Shown here piece after piece: positions 39,001 to 48,078 of a stretch of DNA of 64,000 bases (positions are counted from its first letter, which is position 1; each line of letters begins with the position of its first letter). Both the position numbers and the translations under genes were made by a program. Origin of the DNA: Minisyncoccia bacterium (GTDB lineage: Bacteria > Patescibacteriota > Minisyncoccia > Phycocordibacterales > UBA918); NCBI GenBank assembly GCA_041742075.1, contig JBGSJJ010000010.1, forward strand, positions 165-64,164. The letters run 5' to 3'. The notes under the pieces are model-generated. The model saw only the letters and a program-made list of their open reading frames with translations, did no database searches and was not told the origin of the DNA.

Positions 39001-39634
39001 ATGTGGTACCACAACGAGGACAGAGGTGCATCGTCTTGAACCCTTCATAGACGAGACCCTTTTTATTGAGTTCAGAAAATACCCACCAGACACTTTCGGT
39101 ATATGTACTATCCATCGTTTTATAATCATCTTCCATGTCTGCCCACCGACCCATGCGCGGAACCACCTTCTTCCACTCATCAGCGTACTCCATCACCGTG
39201 TCCCTGGCCGCTTCGTTAAAATTCTTTACGCCATATTCTTCAATGTCGCGCTTGGTCGCTAAACCAAGTTTTTTCTCAATCAAGTTCTCAAGCGGAAGTC
39301 CGTGACAATCCCAACCCCACTTCCGCCTGACGCTGTATCCCTGCATGGTCCAAAACCGCGGGATGGCATCCTTAATAGTACCCGCCAAAATATGTCCGTA
39401 GTGCGGTGTACCGGTGGCAAATGGCGGTCCATCATAAAAAACAAAATCACCTTTAGGCGAACTGCCTGCTGGTGTTTCAAGACTCTTCTTAAATGTATCG
39501 TGCTCAACCCAAAACTGCTGTATCGCTTCTTCACGAAGAGCTACTTCACTTTTGGTGCTGTTAGGTTCTACAGCAACCGTATCGTTTTCTCGATTTAATT
39601 GTTTACTCATACAATACGAATGTGTATCAGACAT
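36065..39634 (-). CDS. ileS: Isoleucine--tRNA ligase (type 2-like, 1189 aa) with an inserted histidine-phosphatase domain
   Basis: HYGH, the CP1 editing domain, WAVSRQRYWGAPLPIW and KMSKS. The stretch between PIW and KMSKS is about 330 aa against about 150 in typical IleS. Confidence 0.95.
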   Translation of the reverse strand: MSDTHSYCMSKQLNRENDTVAVEPNSTKSEVALREEAIQQFWVEHDTFKKSLETPAGSSPKGDFVFYDGPPFATGTPHYGHILAGTIKDAIPRFWTMQGYSVRRKWGWDCHGLPLENLIEKKLGLATKRDIEEYGVKNFNEAARDTVMEYADEWKKVVPRMGRWADMEDDYKTMDSTYTESVWWVFSELNKKGLVYEGFKTMHLCPRCGTTLSNFEVNQGYKDIKDIAVTIKLPLLDESGNATNTALLVWTTTPWTLPGNFAAAVHNDFEYVKVQVGNEVLVIAKERLAFLGDESHEVLETIMGADLVGKSYQPPFEYLTKQEFEGKENAWKIYHADYVELGSEGTGAVHIAPAYGDDDMKLAQANNVPIKHHVDNSGHFLEFVEGFNCRLVKPKDDESSGVSHLDADIEVLKKLQDAGKVFKKENITHSYPHCWRCDTPLLNYATTSWFVRVTDFKDKLVAENDIVTWVPEHVGSNRFGKWLEGARDWAVSRQRYWGAPLPIWKNPTTGEYKVFGSLTELQANLPKRNNRYFVARHAEAQSNLTGAINSIVGTENGLTEKGREQAEAIAETLKNEGITKIVHSGLQRGRETAEFVASKLGLPAEAIVEDARIIEFQVGPTWEGKTWAEFNANFATEAEKFTKHLPGVELRRDLIKRVGDFLYTYDATHQNETTLLIGHGSSVFGLQCVAEGADMVRTVALKEAGYLKNAEVRPLPFVPVPHNDYFELDYHRPYIDDIELFDTDGTKLERVPDVFDCWFESGSMPYAETHYPFENLEVANPAKGVRFPANFISESVDQTRGWFYSMMVLGVGLFDRAPFKNVITNGLVLAEDGKKMSKSLKNYPDPMELADRVGVDAMRYYLLSSPIIRGEDLNFSEKEVLELQRKNIGRLHNVLAMYELFMDGTKASATSNNVLDRWIITRLYQLIAESTAGYQNYELDKATRPIADFIDDLSVWYLRRSRDRVKSDDAGDKARALATLRFVLKELALVMAPAMPFYAEYLWQRVKDENEAESVHLSAWPEGGLIDSELLMHMKEVRTTVSSALEARTKANIKVRQPLLKITIPVATPFDPLFEEIIMSEVNVKGIAYRGDDHNMVEIDTTITPELKDEGDVREFIRAIQEARKTAGLEPQDRIVLAVQTSEGGESLITQFKAEIQKVVGADDVVFQSTSGSEVLAGEHSFTIAISKK
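37460..38050 (-). other. Histidine phosphatase (phosphoglycerate-mutase/GpmB-like) domain inserted in ileS (about residues 529-725)
   Basis: YFVARHAEAQSN (RHG-type catalytic His), LTEKGREQAEAIAETLKNEGITKIVHSGLQRGRETAEFVA and LLIGHGSSVFGL align colinearly with GpmB/SixA-family motifs. Confidence 0.75.
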
Positions 39635-39872
39635 TACTAATAGACGTACATGTATCAGACGTACAATTGTATCCTACCATTTTCTGACTGTATGAAAAGA
39701 AAGCGACCGCCTCAAGAGGAGGCGGTCGGTCGACGATTGGTTCGCACGTTTCGGGAGGTGGTGGCGGAGGCTCCAGCTGGCTTAAGAGTCGCCAGAACAA
39801 AAGTAGGTGCTCAAGCGTCACTTGGTAGAGCGAGTCGAGCACGCGAACAAGCACGCGAACGAATAGTTTCAT
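39627..39872 (-). CDS. Upstream ORF (81 aa) overlapping the ileS start. It contains PPPPPP and PPP runs and an embedded terminator hairpin.
   Basis: GGAGG sits 5 nt before the ATG. The stop overlaps the ileS ATG (ATGTCTGA). GC3-rich. Confidence 0.35.
   Translation of the reverse strand: MKLFVRVLVRVLDSLYQVTLEHLLLFWRLLSQLEPPPPPPETCEPIVDRPPPLEAVAFFSYSQKMVGYNCTSDTCTSISNV
39690..39726 (-). terminator. Intrinsic terminator (gaccgcctc/gaggcggtc 9-bp stem plus gctttcttttc) about 60-100 nt upstream of the ileS start codon, inside the uORF
   Basis: GC-rich stem followed by a T-run on the minus strand. Confidence 0.5.
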
Positions 39873-39903
39873 GGTGACCTCCGTTTTGGGTTGTGTATGT
39901 GTA

Positions 39904-40098
39904 TCACGCAACCTCGCGCAGGCGTGGATGAAGTACCACCTTCCCTTCGCGCACCCCTGCTCTCACCCTGGCTTCAAAGCGAGAGCGTTCGATCGCCTCT
40001 CGCTCTCTTTTGTTCAAGACACGAAAGATAACAACGGCACCAATACCTGCAAACCCAAGCAGGCACCATTCAAAAAACGATAACCCTTCTGCTTTCAT
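39904..40098 (-). CDS. Small TM protein with a basic tail (64 aa)
   Basis: The SD gggaga precedes it; one TM helix. Confidence 0.3.
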   Translation of the reverse strand: MKAEGLSFFEWCLLGFAGIGAVVIFRVLNKREREAIERSRFEARVRAGVREGKVVLHPRLREVA

Positions 40099-40290
40099 GT
40101 TCTGTCTCCCGGTAAGGTACGAGTACTCTCAAAAGATACGGCACCAAACCAGCAATGTCAAAGTCCGTTTAAAGTAAAAATAGGAAGAAACAAATGTTTA
40201 CTGATTCTTTTACGTTGTGCACTTTTACCCTATTGCCAGATACAATATTAGGAGTAGTATGTCACCCGGACAGTTCAGGAGACCAGATAG

Positions 40291-40817
40291 TGACTAAGAC
40301 GAAACGAACAGAAGTACTGAAAATTCGTTGTTCAGACGGCCGAAGCCGAAAACCAGGAGATATACGTGACAAATGGGTTCATGAAATTCGACTTCCCGGA
40401 GGAATTCTCTTCCCAAACCTTTGTGCACAATCTTTCCTAGAAAGATGTGAGCAGACTTTTGAGATGAGTGCTCTGGTTGACGATGAGATACAAAGCCGAT
40501 TCCACATCCTCATAGAATCCATCACACCAGAAACTGGACTGGTGATTGGCGAGATAATTGTTTTGCTCGCTATAAAAACCATGATGGATTTGAAGCAGGT
40601 CGAAGAAATTATTCTTGTGTACCATACCCATTGTGGAGCTGGCGACGCACTTGGTTTGAAAGAGTCAGATATCTACGACATCTGTCTCAAGTGGCAGTTT
40701 CTACTGTGTAAGCTGTATCCCGTTAGGATTCGGATTCTTAAGGAAGAGCATTCTGTCTGTGGCGAACATCACTTTGGCCACAGTGAGCTTAACCAAAGCT
40801 ACCCTGAAGTAGCTTAG
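40291..40817 (+). CDS. Beta-carbonic-anhydrase-like protein (possible GTG start; track ORF begins at 40194)
   Basis: CSDGR (compare CxDxR) and VYHTHCGAG (compare HxxCG) motifs. Adjacent SulP transporter. Confidence 0.45.
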
Positions 40818-40874
40818 GATTGAGTGCACCTCATTCTTTATTTAAACTAGAAATTATTTACTCTTATATTTTTT

Positions 40875-42566
40875 ATGATGACACTAGCTGTTGTGAAAGG
40901 ACACATTAAAGCCAATTGGCAACCAGCGCTCACTGTTGCTCTTATTTCGGTACCACTTTCAATCGCACTTTCAATCGCTTCAGGTGCTGGACCATTACCT
41001 GGTCTTATTGCAGGCATCTGGGGTACCGTAATAGGAAGTATCTTCATTGGAAGCAATTACAACATCATTGGTGCAGCTGGGGCTCTCACTACAGTACTCT
41101 TTGGTGCCACTCTAGCAGCACCACTCGGTCTAGGGTCAGCAGTATTACCAATTCTTGCCCTCACGACTGGACTTATTGTATTTGCTGTCTGGCTTCTCAA
41201 GCTTGACCGTTATTTATACTATATACCCTCAAGTGTCATGTATGGTTTTGCTGGAGGAGTAGCTATTTTAATAGCAGCTTCACAGCTTTTTGATGCTACC
41301 GGACTTTCTACCCTGGCCCGCACAGGTCATTTAGTTGGTGATGTCGAGAAATTTATTGAAAATAGCGCCCTTATTCATACCCCTTCACTCAGTGTCTTTT
41401 TTGTATTTTTAGCTGGAATCCTAGTTTGGAAACGATTTATTAAGAAAGTTCCCGCCGTAATTCCAGCTGCTCTTTTGGGTATCTTATTTGGGTATCTCGA
41501 ATCAACTCGTTTTAGTTTCGACATTTTTTCTCTACAAGATAAATTTGGTACCTTTACTGCTACACTACAACTCCCGGTGGCCTGGTCAGCGATTCCTGAA
41601 CTTGTTTCAAACGCAACGGCTCTCAGTTGGATTGTGAGTATTTCAGGCACGATTGCACTCATAGCTGTTCTTGAAACACTGATCACCGCCAAACTAGGAG
41701 ACAAGCTTACAAAAACTGAGTCTTCTTCTTCTCGTGAACTACTAGGACTAGCACTGGCCAATCTTGGTTCTGGCGCTATGGGAGGACTACCTGCAACAGG
41801 GGTATTTATTCGAACTGGCGCCAACATCAAGGCAGGTGCTACACATCGAACCAGTGGAATCCTAGCGGCACTCTTTACTGGTGGTATTGCTCTTTTAGTA
41901 CTACCATTTTTCTCCTACGTACCGATGCCTGTCATTGCTGCAATTTTGGTAAATACCGCGCTCGGACTACTTGAAATAGATAAATTTGTTGAGTACTGGC
42001 AACACGAGCGTGAAAGTTTTGTGGTAGCTATTTTAGTTGCTCTGGTAACTATCTTTCACGACGCAGGACTAGGTGTAGCACTTGGTGCAGTAGTAGCACT
42101 ACTCTTATTTGCTAAACGCGTTGCCCATGGACGTTTTGATATTACTTGGAATTTTAACGATGGAACAATTGAAACTCATCGTGGTAAGAAAACCCTCACA
42201 TTTTCAACCAGCGAAAAAACTATCACTGTCGTTACCTATAGTATTGCCGGAAACTTTGGCTACATTGATGCCAATCAACACCTACTGAATTTGAAGAAAT
42301 TAGCTCACGAAAAAAGTGTACCCGCAGTTATCATTAGATTGCGTGATCTTTTTTCTCTTGATTTTGAAGGATGTGAGGCGCTAGGAGAAGCGGTAACTGA
42401 ACTGCAGGCAAAAAATACGACTGTTTTTATAAGTTCTACTTCTACCCATATTGAAGAAACGCTTACTGCCTTTCCAGTCTTTGCTAAGCTTCAAGAAGCT
42501 AGCTACTTTACAAAAAAAACAAGTGATGCATTGGCACGAGCGAAAGCTTTATACAATCACCAATAA
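40875..42566 (+). CDS. SulP-family anion (sulfate/bicarbonate) transporter with a C-terminal STAS domain
   Basis: Polytopic N-terminus and a STAS-like C-terminus (TVVTYSIAGNFGYIDANQHLLNLKKLAH...). Confidence 0.85.
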   Translation: MMTLAVVKGHIKANWQPALTVALISVPLSIALSIASGAGPLPGLIAGIWGTVIGSIFIGSNYNIIGAAGALTTVLFGATLAAPLGLGSAVLPILALTTGLIVFAVWLLKLDRYLYYIPSSVMYGFAGGVAILIAASQLFDATGLSTLARTGHLVGDVEKFIENSALIHTPSLSVFFVFLAGILVWKRFIKKVPAVIPAALLGILFGYLESTRFSFDIFSLQDKFGTFTATLQLPVAWSAIPELVSNATALSWIVSISGTIALIAVLETLITAKLGDKLTKTESSSSRELLGLALANLGSGAMGGLPATGVFIRTGANIKAGATHRTSGILAALFTGGIALLVLPFFSYVPMPVIAAILVNTALGLLEIDKFVEYWQHERESFVVAILVALVTIFHDAGLGVALGAVVALLLFAKRVAHGRFDITWNFNDGTIETHRGKKTLTFSTSEKTITVVTYSIAGNFGYIDANQHLLNLKKLAHEKSVPAVIIRLRDLFSLDFEGCEALGEAVTELQAKNTTVFISSTSTHIEETLTAFPVFAKLQEASYFTKKTSDALARAKALYNHQ

Positions 42567-42862
42567 TAATTTAGTCATAAGAAAACCGCACCTTAGTCAG
42601 GTGCGGGTAGTTGCTCTTCTGAGGTAGTGATCGCTGCCTCAAAGCCACTCGTGCGAAGCGGTGCCTTGACCACGAGCAGTGCCATGACTATGAGAGCGAG
42701 GCACGTCAGCACAATACCCCAGGTCTGATCGTTATTCGGATATCTTTTGTCTTTTGGCATTTGATCCTCCATGATCTCAGAATTTGCCAGTAGAAACTGT
42801 AGTACTTATTAGTGTTATTGTCAATAGTAGCGCCCTTGTTTCGTGTAGCTTATTGATTATAA

Positions 42863-44548
42863 CTACATCCGTTCGGGAGCTTTGATGGCGAGTGCCCAAA
42901 GACCGTTTTTAAGGGTTAGACGGACGGCATCAGCGACCATTGCCTTGTAGGGTGCATAGGTGTCAGTCGCGTCAGCAATTTTTTCGTGTGCGTAAAAAGT
43001 ATTAAAGGAGCCTGCCAGCTCAGTTAAATACCCTACCACCTTGTGCGGGGCTCTTTCGTTCCAGGCTTCGGTAACTACCTCTTCGAACCTATACAAAAGT
43101 TTTTCTACCTCGTAGGCTTCTTCCGGAGCAATGATGCTTATAAGTGACACACCAGACACCTCGGCTTTTTCTAAAACAGAAACAATCCGCGCATGGGTAT
43201 ACATGAGGTAGGGTCCAGAGTCACCCTCAAAGGAAAGGGCTCGTTCTTTGTCAAAGACTGAATCCTGCAAAATACTCCCCCGAAGTGTCGCGTACTTAAT
43301 TGCCCCAAGCGCTATTGCCTCACTGAGCTCAGGACTAGCGTCAGTAAAACCAGTACTCACGATTTTCTCGTGCGCTGTCTCGGCTATCTCTTGTATAAAC
43401 TCGAGAGCCGGAATCACGTCACCGGTTCGAGAAGACATCTTACCGGTTGCGAGCCGCACCGTGCCGTGTCCGATGTGTTCAGTTTTCATAGCGAGCTCAG
43501 GATACACAAAACTCATGGCCATCTTGAGCACCTTAAAGTATTCAGTTATTTCGTTTGAGGTAGAAATGATGGAATGGTCGTAGCCACCCAGTCGCTCGGC
43601 TTTTTCATTGGCTAAAGCGAGTTCTTTCGCTTCATAGGTCGGCAAGCCTTCTTTGTTTAAAAACACCCGCGTATGGAGTCCGTACTTTTCACCTTGAAAA
43701 ACATGCGCTCCTTCACTTTCGGTAAATACTTCCGGGTGGGCGAGCACGAGCTCCTTACCCTTAGGGCCAGTTTCGCTTTCAAAAAAGTACTCATCAAACT
43801 GGGTGTCGATAACCTTATAAATTGTTTCAAAGTACGCGAGTGAAATTGCCCGACCGGCATCATAGAGTGCATTAACACCGTCGTCGGTCCGGTCGTAGAT
43901 TTTTTTGTTGAGAGCTCTAATGGCTTCAGCCGGTTCACCACCCTCTTTGTAGGCATTTGCACCATACGCATACGCGCGTCCTAAGTCTTTGGCTGTAAAC
44001 GCACTGTCAGTACTGATACCAAGCGCCTGCATGCCGTAGATGGCATGCGCAACATGAAGCCCAACGTCACCTTGATAGTTTACCCGCTTCACCTCAGCAC
44101 CTTGCATCATTGCCAACCTTGCAATACTCTCACCAACGGAGTTGGTAAAAAGATGTCCGATATGAAACTCTTTAAATGGATTCGGGTCAGTGTATTCAAC
44201 CACGATCCGCTTCCCTGCCCACTCTTTATTGGTACCCCACGCGTCACCCATTTCACGTGCTCGTGCAATTTCAGCCGTAAAAAAATCACGCGTGAGATAG
44301 AAGTTTAAAAACCCTGGACCAGCTACTTCTACCCGATCAACATACTCGATTTGACCAGCGATTATACCGGCAATTTGTTCCGCAATCACCCGCGGTGGCT
44401 GACCTATATCGCTCGCCAAAACCAAAGCGACATTGCACGCGAAATCTCCATGGTGAAGATCGCTGGGGTGCGATACGGTAAAAGCCACATCGGGAAAACC
44501 GAGCTCACCTAGTGTGTCTTTAATTGCTGTGGCGATAACCTGCTTCAT
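42863..44548 (-). CDS. argS: Arginine--tRNA ligase
   Basis: Add-1 N-domain, FHIGHL, and the C-terminal anticodon-binding end ...PERM. Start at MKQVIATAIKD. Confidence 0.9.
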   Translation of the reverse strand: MKQVIATAIKDTLGELGFPDVAFTVSHPSDLHHGDFACNVALVLASDIGQPPRVIAEQIAGIIAGQIEYVDRVEVAGPGFLNFYLTRDFFTAEIARAREMGDAWGTNKEWAGKRIVVEYTDPNPFKEFHIGHLFTNSVGESIARLAMMQGAEVKRVNYQGDVGLHVAHAIYGMQALGISTDSAFTAKDLGRAYAYGANAYKEGGEPAEAIRALNKKIYDRTDDGVNALYDAGRAISLAYFETIYKVIDTQFDEYFFESETGPKGKELVLAHPEVFTESEGAHVFQGEKYGLHTRVFLNKEGLPTYEAKELALANEKAERLGGYDHSIISTSNEITEYFKVLKMAMSFVYPELAMKTEHIGHGTVRLATGKMSSRTGDVIPALEFIQEIAETAHEKIVSTGFTDASPELSEAIALGAIKYATLRGSILQDSVFDKERALSFEGDSGPYLMYTHARIVSVLEKAEVSGVSLISIIAPEEAYEVEKLLYRFEEVVTEAWNERAPHKVVGYLTELAGSFNTFYAHEKIADATDTYAPYKAMVADAVRLTLKNGLWALAIKAPERM

Positions 44549-44647
44549 ATCGACCACTATAGCAAAAGAAAATAAAAAACGCTCACACAAGGTTTGTGTG
44601 GCGGTTTCAGGATGCGAGCGGAGACGCTGTCTCCGCTCGCAACTGGT

Positions 44648-44965
44648 TCAGGCGTTGGCCTCGGATGACCCCTCGGTGGGGCGAGGCGGGTTGATGCGCT
44701 TCTTTTTGCGCACCTCCACCACCGTTCCGCACCGGAGTCTGCCGGTCCGGACCCCATGCCCATCGGCGGTGACCCAGTGGGTCGGAGTCGCGGTGTCGCG
44801 AGGCCTCTCGGGGAGCGTGACCCCTAGCTTTTCAGCTGCCCTACGGAGCTGACGCTCCTTGAGCTCGTCGGCCGACAGCGTCGGCGCGAGCTTGGGCGTG
44901 ACCCCTCGCTCGCTTCCGTGGCATCTGGGCATATCGCAGTAGCGGTGGCTCTTCAGTCCGGGCAT
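44648..44965 (-). CDS. GC-rich (about 66%) small Cys-containing basic protein, 105 aa, possible zinc-ribbon
   Basis: The SD aagggagag precedes it and the terminator hairpin cacacaaggtttgtgtg plus a T-run follows. Composition is foreign to the flanks. Confidence 0.4.
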   Translation of the reverse strand: MPGLKSHRYCDMPRCHGSERGVTPKLAPTLSADELKERQLRRAAEKLGVTLPERPRDTATPTHWVTADGHGVRTGRLRCGTVVEVRKKKRINPPRPTEGSSEANA

Positions 44966-45037
44966 CGTCTCTCCCTTCAGGTATAGAACTTTTACTTAGC
45001 TGTTACTATACCATACATTATCTAAAATAGCAATAGC

Positions 45038-46204
45038 CTACTCTACCCTTGAAATAAGCCCGCGTTTCGGGGTTTCCCCACTGCCAGCCACAGTAAAGGT
45101 TTCGTGACCGAGCACCTGCCCGCGTCCGGTCTCCACACTACAACGCCAGGTACCTGGCTGATGACTCGTTACAAAACTATAGCCTCGATACCCACCGTCT
45201 CCTCCACCGAAGATCGGGTACTCTACTTTGGCATGCTCTACCCAGTCTCCATCAGCATTTTTGTATTCCCAGGTATGGAAGATTTTGGTATTAAGTTTGG
45301 TAGGCGCAAACACACTCGCAAAGCAGTACACGCTTGGTGCCTGACTCGGATAAAAGGTGGTATCAGAATTCGTAAACGGCTTCCACCAGACTGGATCAAC
45401 CCACTTGAGTTGGTACGTATTATTTTCAAACTTGACCACACTGTGGTACACCCCGAGTTCCTTGAGTGAGAGTGGTATGGGAGGGATGATGTTGGCAAAA
45501 TAGAGAAAATTAAAACCCACAAAAATTGCTCCTAAAGTAAGTACGACTGCCCGTGTCTGCAACTCCATAAAACGCGGTATCACTCGGTAGAGTAATTGGA
45601 TAAACCAGTACATGAGAGTGAGCGCGATAAATCCACTCCCCACAAACACCCAGGCTCCCATATAGCCCGTGACTACCGGCACCAACAGTACGATGTATGA
45701 CATCAGACCAACAAACAAAATCGCCAGGTTGTAAATCAGTCGTGACGCACGGTCTTTAATGACTTCGTTTCCAATAATAGCCGCCAGTATCATGAGGAGA
45801 AATGGCCAGCTCTCAAGCCACGCACCGCTTCGACCATAAAAAATAAGCATACCGGAAAGCAACCCACCAAAAGAAAATTGCACCAACAGAGGTAGGTACC
45901 TCCGTCCATAGTGAGAAAGCTTTTCTGGAAGTTTTCCTGCCACGCTGGCGTACAAAAGTAGGATAGACACCATTGAAAGCAACACGTAGGAAGCAAGAAT
46001 AAAATTATCAAACGCTTCGTCAACACGATTCAGCGTAAGATTGTCAACCAAAAATCCAAAAAAGAACGACAGACTCATCCAATGGCGTCGTAGCTGAGCT
46101 AAACGGTTTGAAGACTTTTTAGGTGTTTCTTCTTCTGTAGTAAGAACCGGTGTATCCATAGTTGTCATTGTACTAGAAAGTACCCAATAAAAAAAAGGCC
46201 GCAC
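45038..46204 (-). CDS. Polytopic membrane protein with a C-terminal extracytoplasmic beta-rich domain
   Basis: About 8 TM helices, then a soluble C-terminus. Confidence 0.55.
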   Translation of the reverse strand: MRPFFYWVLSSTMTTMDTPVLTTEEETPKKSSNRLAQLRRHWMSLSFFFGFLVDNLTLNRVDEAFDNFILASYVLLSMVSILLLYASVAGKLPEKLSHYGRRYLPLLVQFSFGGLLSGMLIFYGRSGAWLESWPFLLMILAAIIGNEVIKDRASRLIYNLAILFVGLMSYIVLLVPVVTGYMGAWVFVGSGFIALTLMYWFIQLLYRVIPRFMELQTRAVVLTLGAIFVGFNFLYFANIIPPIPLSLKELGVYHSVVKFENNTYQLKWVDPVWWKPFTNSDTTFYPSQAPSVYCFASVFAPTKLNTKIFHTWEYKNADGDWVEHAKVEYPIFGGGDGGYRGYSFVTSHQPGTWRCSVETGRGQVLGHETFTVAGSGETPKRGLISRVE

Positions 46205-46405
46205 GCAAGCGCACGGCCGAAGTTTAGGGAGGAAACGCCCGTAGGGCGTATATGATGCACCGCATCACGTCTGTACCATATACCAATTTTAATTCCTTGG
46301 CAAGAAAATAGACCACCGTGGTCACCCTACTCAAAAAGGTATACAGGGAACGGGACGGGCGAGACAAAGTCTCGCCCGTCCCGTTCCAGCCTTTGCGCCC
46401 GCTCT

Positions 46406-47674
46406 TTAGGTATGTACCTCCGGTACCGGAAACGCTTCACACATGGCTTGTACTTCTTTTTGTAGAGTAGCCTTTTTAGCACTATCATCTTTGGCTCTCA
46501 TGGTTTCAATCATAATTTCTGCCAACCGCGTCGCTTCTTTCTCCATCATCTTCCGCGTGGTCATCGCTGGAGTACCAAACCGAATTCCCGACGGATCCAT
46601 GGCTGTTCGCGTGTCGCCCGCAATCATGTTTTTGTTAAGCGTAATACCCACCTCATCGAGTACCGTCTCTGCTTCAACTCCGGTCACCCCGAGTGAGCTA
46701 TACACGTCTGCTAACAATAAGTGATTATCAGTACCGCCACACAGTAAGCGTACGCCCTCGTTCTTAAACACTGCTTCCATCGCTTTAGCGTTTTTAAGTA
46801 TCTGACCGGCATACGTTTTAAAGACTGGCGTGAGCGCCTCGCCAAACGCCACTCCCTTAGCAGCGATAATGTGCATGTGCGGGCCACCTTGAATACCTGG
46901 AAACACTGCCTTGTTTACTCGCTTAGCAATATCTTCATTTTCTCGAACGAGAATCATTCCGCCCCGTGGACCACGCAGTGTCTTGTGGGTAGTAGTCGTT
47001 ATCACATCAAAACCATAATCAAACGGATTTTTCGCGACTCCCCCAGCGATAAGACCGGCGATGTGCGCCATGTCAGCTACCGCGTAGGCTCCCACTTCCC
47101 GTGCAATGTCGACAAACTTTTGGTAATCGAGTTCGCGACTATAGGCAGAAAAACCAGCTAAGATAATCTTTGGCTTATGCTCGAGCGCGGTCGCCCTGAG
47201 TGCCTCAAAGTCAATCTCTCCAGTATCGGCGTCTTTCATCTGATAGCGCACGAACTTGAAGATTTTGTTTATCCACGTCGTTGGGTGTCCATGTGTGAGG
47301 TGTCCGCCGTGTGAGAGATCCATCCCGAGCACCGTATCCCCCGGTTCCATAAGTGCAAAGTACATGGCCATATTGGCAGCCGCACCACCGAGCGGTTGCA
47401 CGTTGGCAAACTTTGCTTTAAAAAGTTCTTTCGCTCGCTCAATCGTGATGGTCTCCATAAGGTCGGTGAATTCTTGTCCACCATAGTAGCGACGGCCCGG
47501 GTACCCTTCGGAATACTTGTTGGTAAAAATGGAACCATTGGCTTCGAGCACTGCTCTTGAGACATAGTTTTCACTCGGAATAAGTTCTATCCCTCGCGCT
47601 TCTCGTGCCTCTTCGCCGAGTAGAGTCGCGTATAGTTCTGGGTCTTGGGCCTTTATGAATTTGTAGTTTTGCAT
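46406..47674 (-). CDS. glyA: Serine hydroxymethyltransferase
   Basis: PLP-lysine region TTTHKTLRGPRGG and overall SHMT collinearity. Confidence 0.95.
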   Translation of the reverse strand: MQNYKFIKAQDPELYATLLGEEAREARGIELIPSENYVSRAVLEANGSIFTNKYSEGYPGRRYYGGQEFTDLMETITIERAKELFKAKFANVQPLGGAAANMAMYFALMEPGDTVLGMDLSHGGHLTHGHPTTWINKIFKFVRYQMKDADTGEIDFEALRATALEHKPKIILAGFSAYSRELDYQKFVDIAREVGAYAVADMAHIAGLIAGGVAKNPFDYGFDVITTTTHKTLRGPRGGMILVRENEDIAKRVNKAVFPGIQGGPHMHIIAAKGVAFGEALTPVFKTYAGQILKNAKAMEAVFKNEGVRLLCGGTDNHLLLADVYSSLGVTGVEAETVLDEVGITLNKNMIAGDTRTAMDPSGIRFGTPAMTTRKMMEKEATRLAEIMIETMRAKDDSAKKATLQKEVQAMCEAFPVPEVHT

Positions 47675-47679
47675 AGTAT

Positions 47680-48021
47680 TTACCTATTATCGCCCGCCCC
47701 TTGAGTAACTCCCCTATTCACCCTGTCTGCCACTTTTTCTAAATTCTTTTCTGCCACCTCATTCAAGGTAACTCCTAATTCACTGGCGAGTGCCGACAAA
47801 TACCAAAGCTCATCACCCATCTCAATTATCACCTTACTTTTATCTTCTTCATTTAAGTCTGCAGGGGTAAATTTATTTTGGTTACGTATCAACTTTTTAA
47901 TCTTTCCGGTTACCTCACCGGCTTCTTCAACTAAGCCGAGGGTAGGAAAAATAAAGTTGTTACCGATGTCTGGATACTTTGCATCTTTGCGAGTGATTTG
48001 TTGGTAAGTATTAAAATCCAT
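47680..48021 (-). CDS. MazG-like nucleoside triphosphate pyrophosphohydrolase domain protein
   Basis: LGLVEEAGEV ... EMGDELWYL EExxE/D motifs. Confidence 0.75.
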   Translation of the reverse strand: MDFNTYQQITRKDAKYPDIGNNFIFPTLGLVEEAGEVTGKIKKLIRNQNKFTPADLNEEDKSKVIIEMGDELWYLSALASELGVTLNEVAEKNLEKVADRVNRGVTQGAGDNR

Positions 48022-48078
48022 ACATAAAAATTATTTCTGAATAAACGTCTTCGGTTGTAGAGTGTGTCAGATCATAGT

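Noticed and set aside
39635-39910. T-box riboswitch upstream of ileS
   Set aside because: I searched the leader for the AGGGTGGNACCGCG T-box core and a specifier/antiterminator layout and found none. Only the uORF plus terminator arrangement is present.
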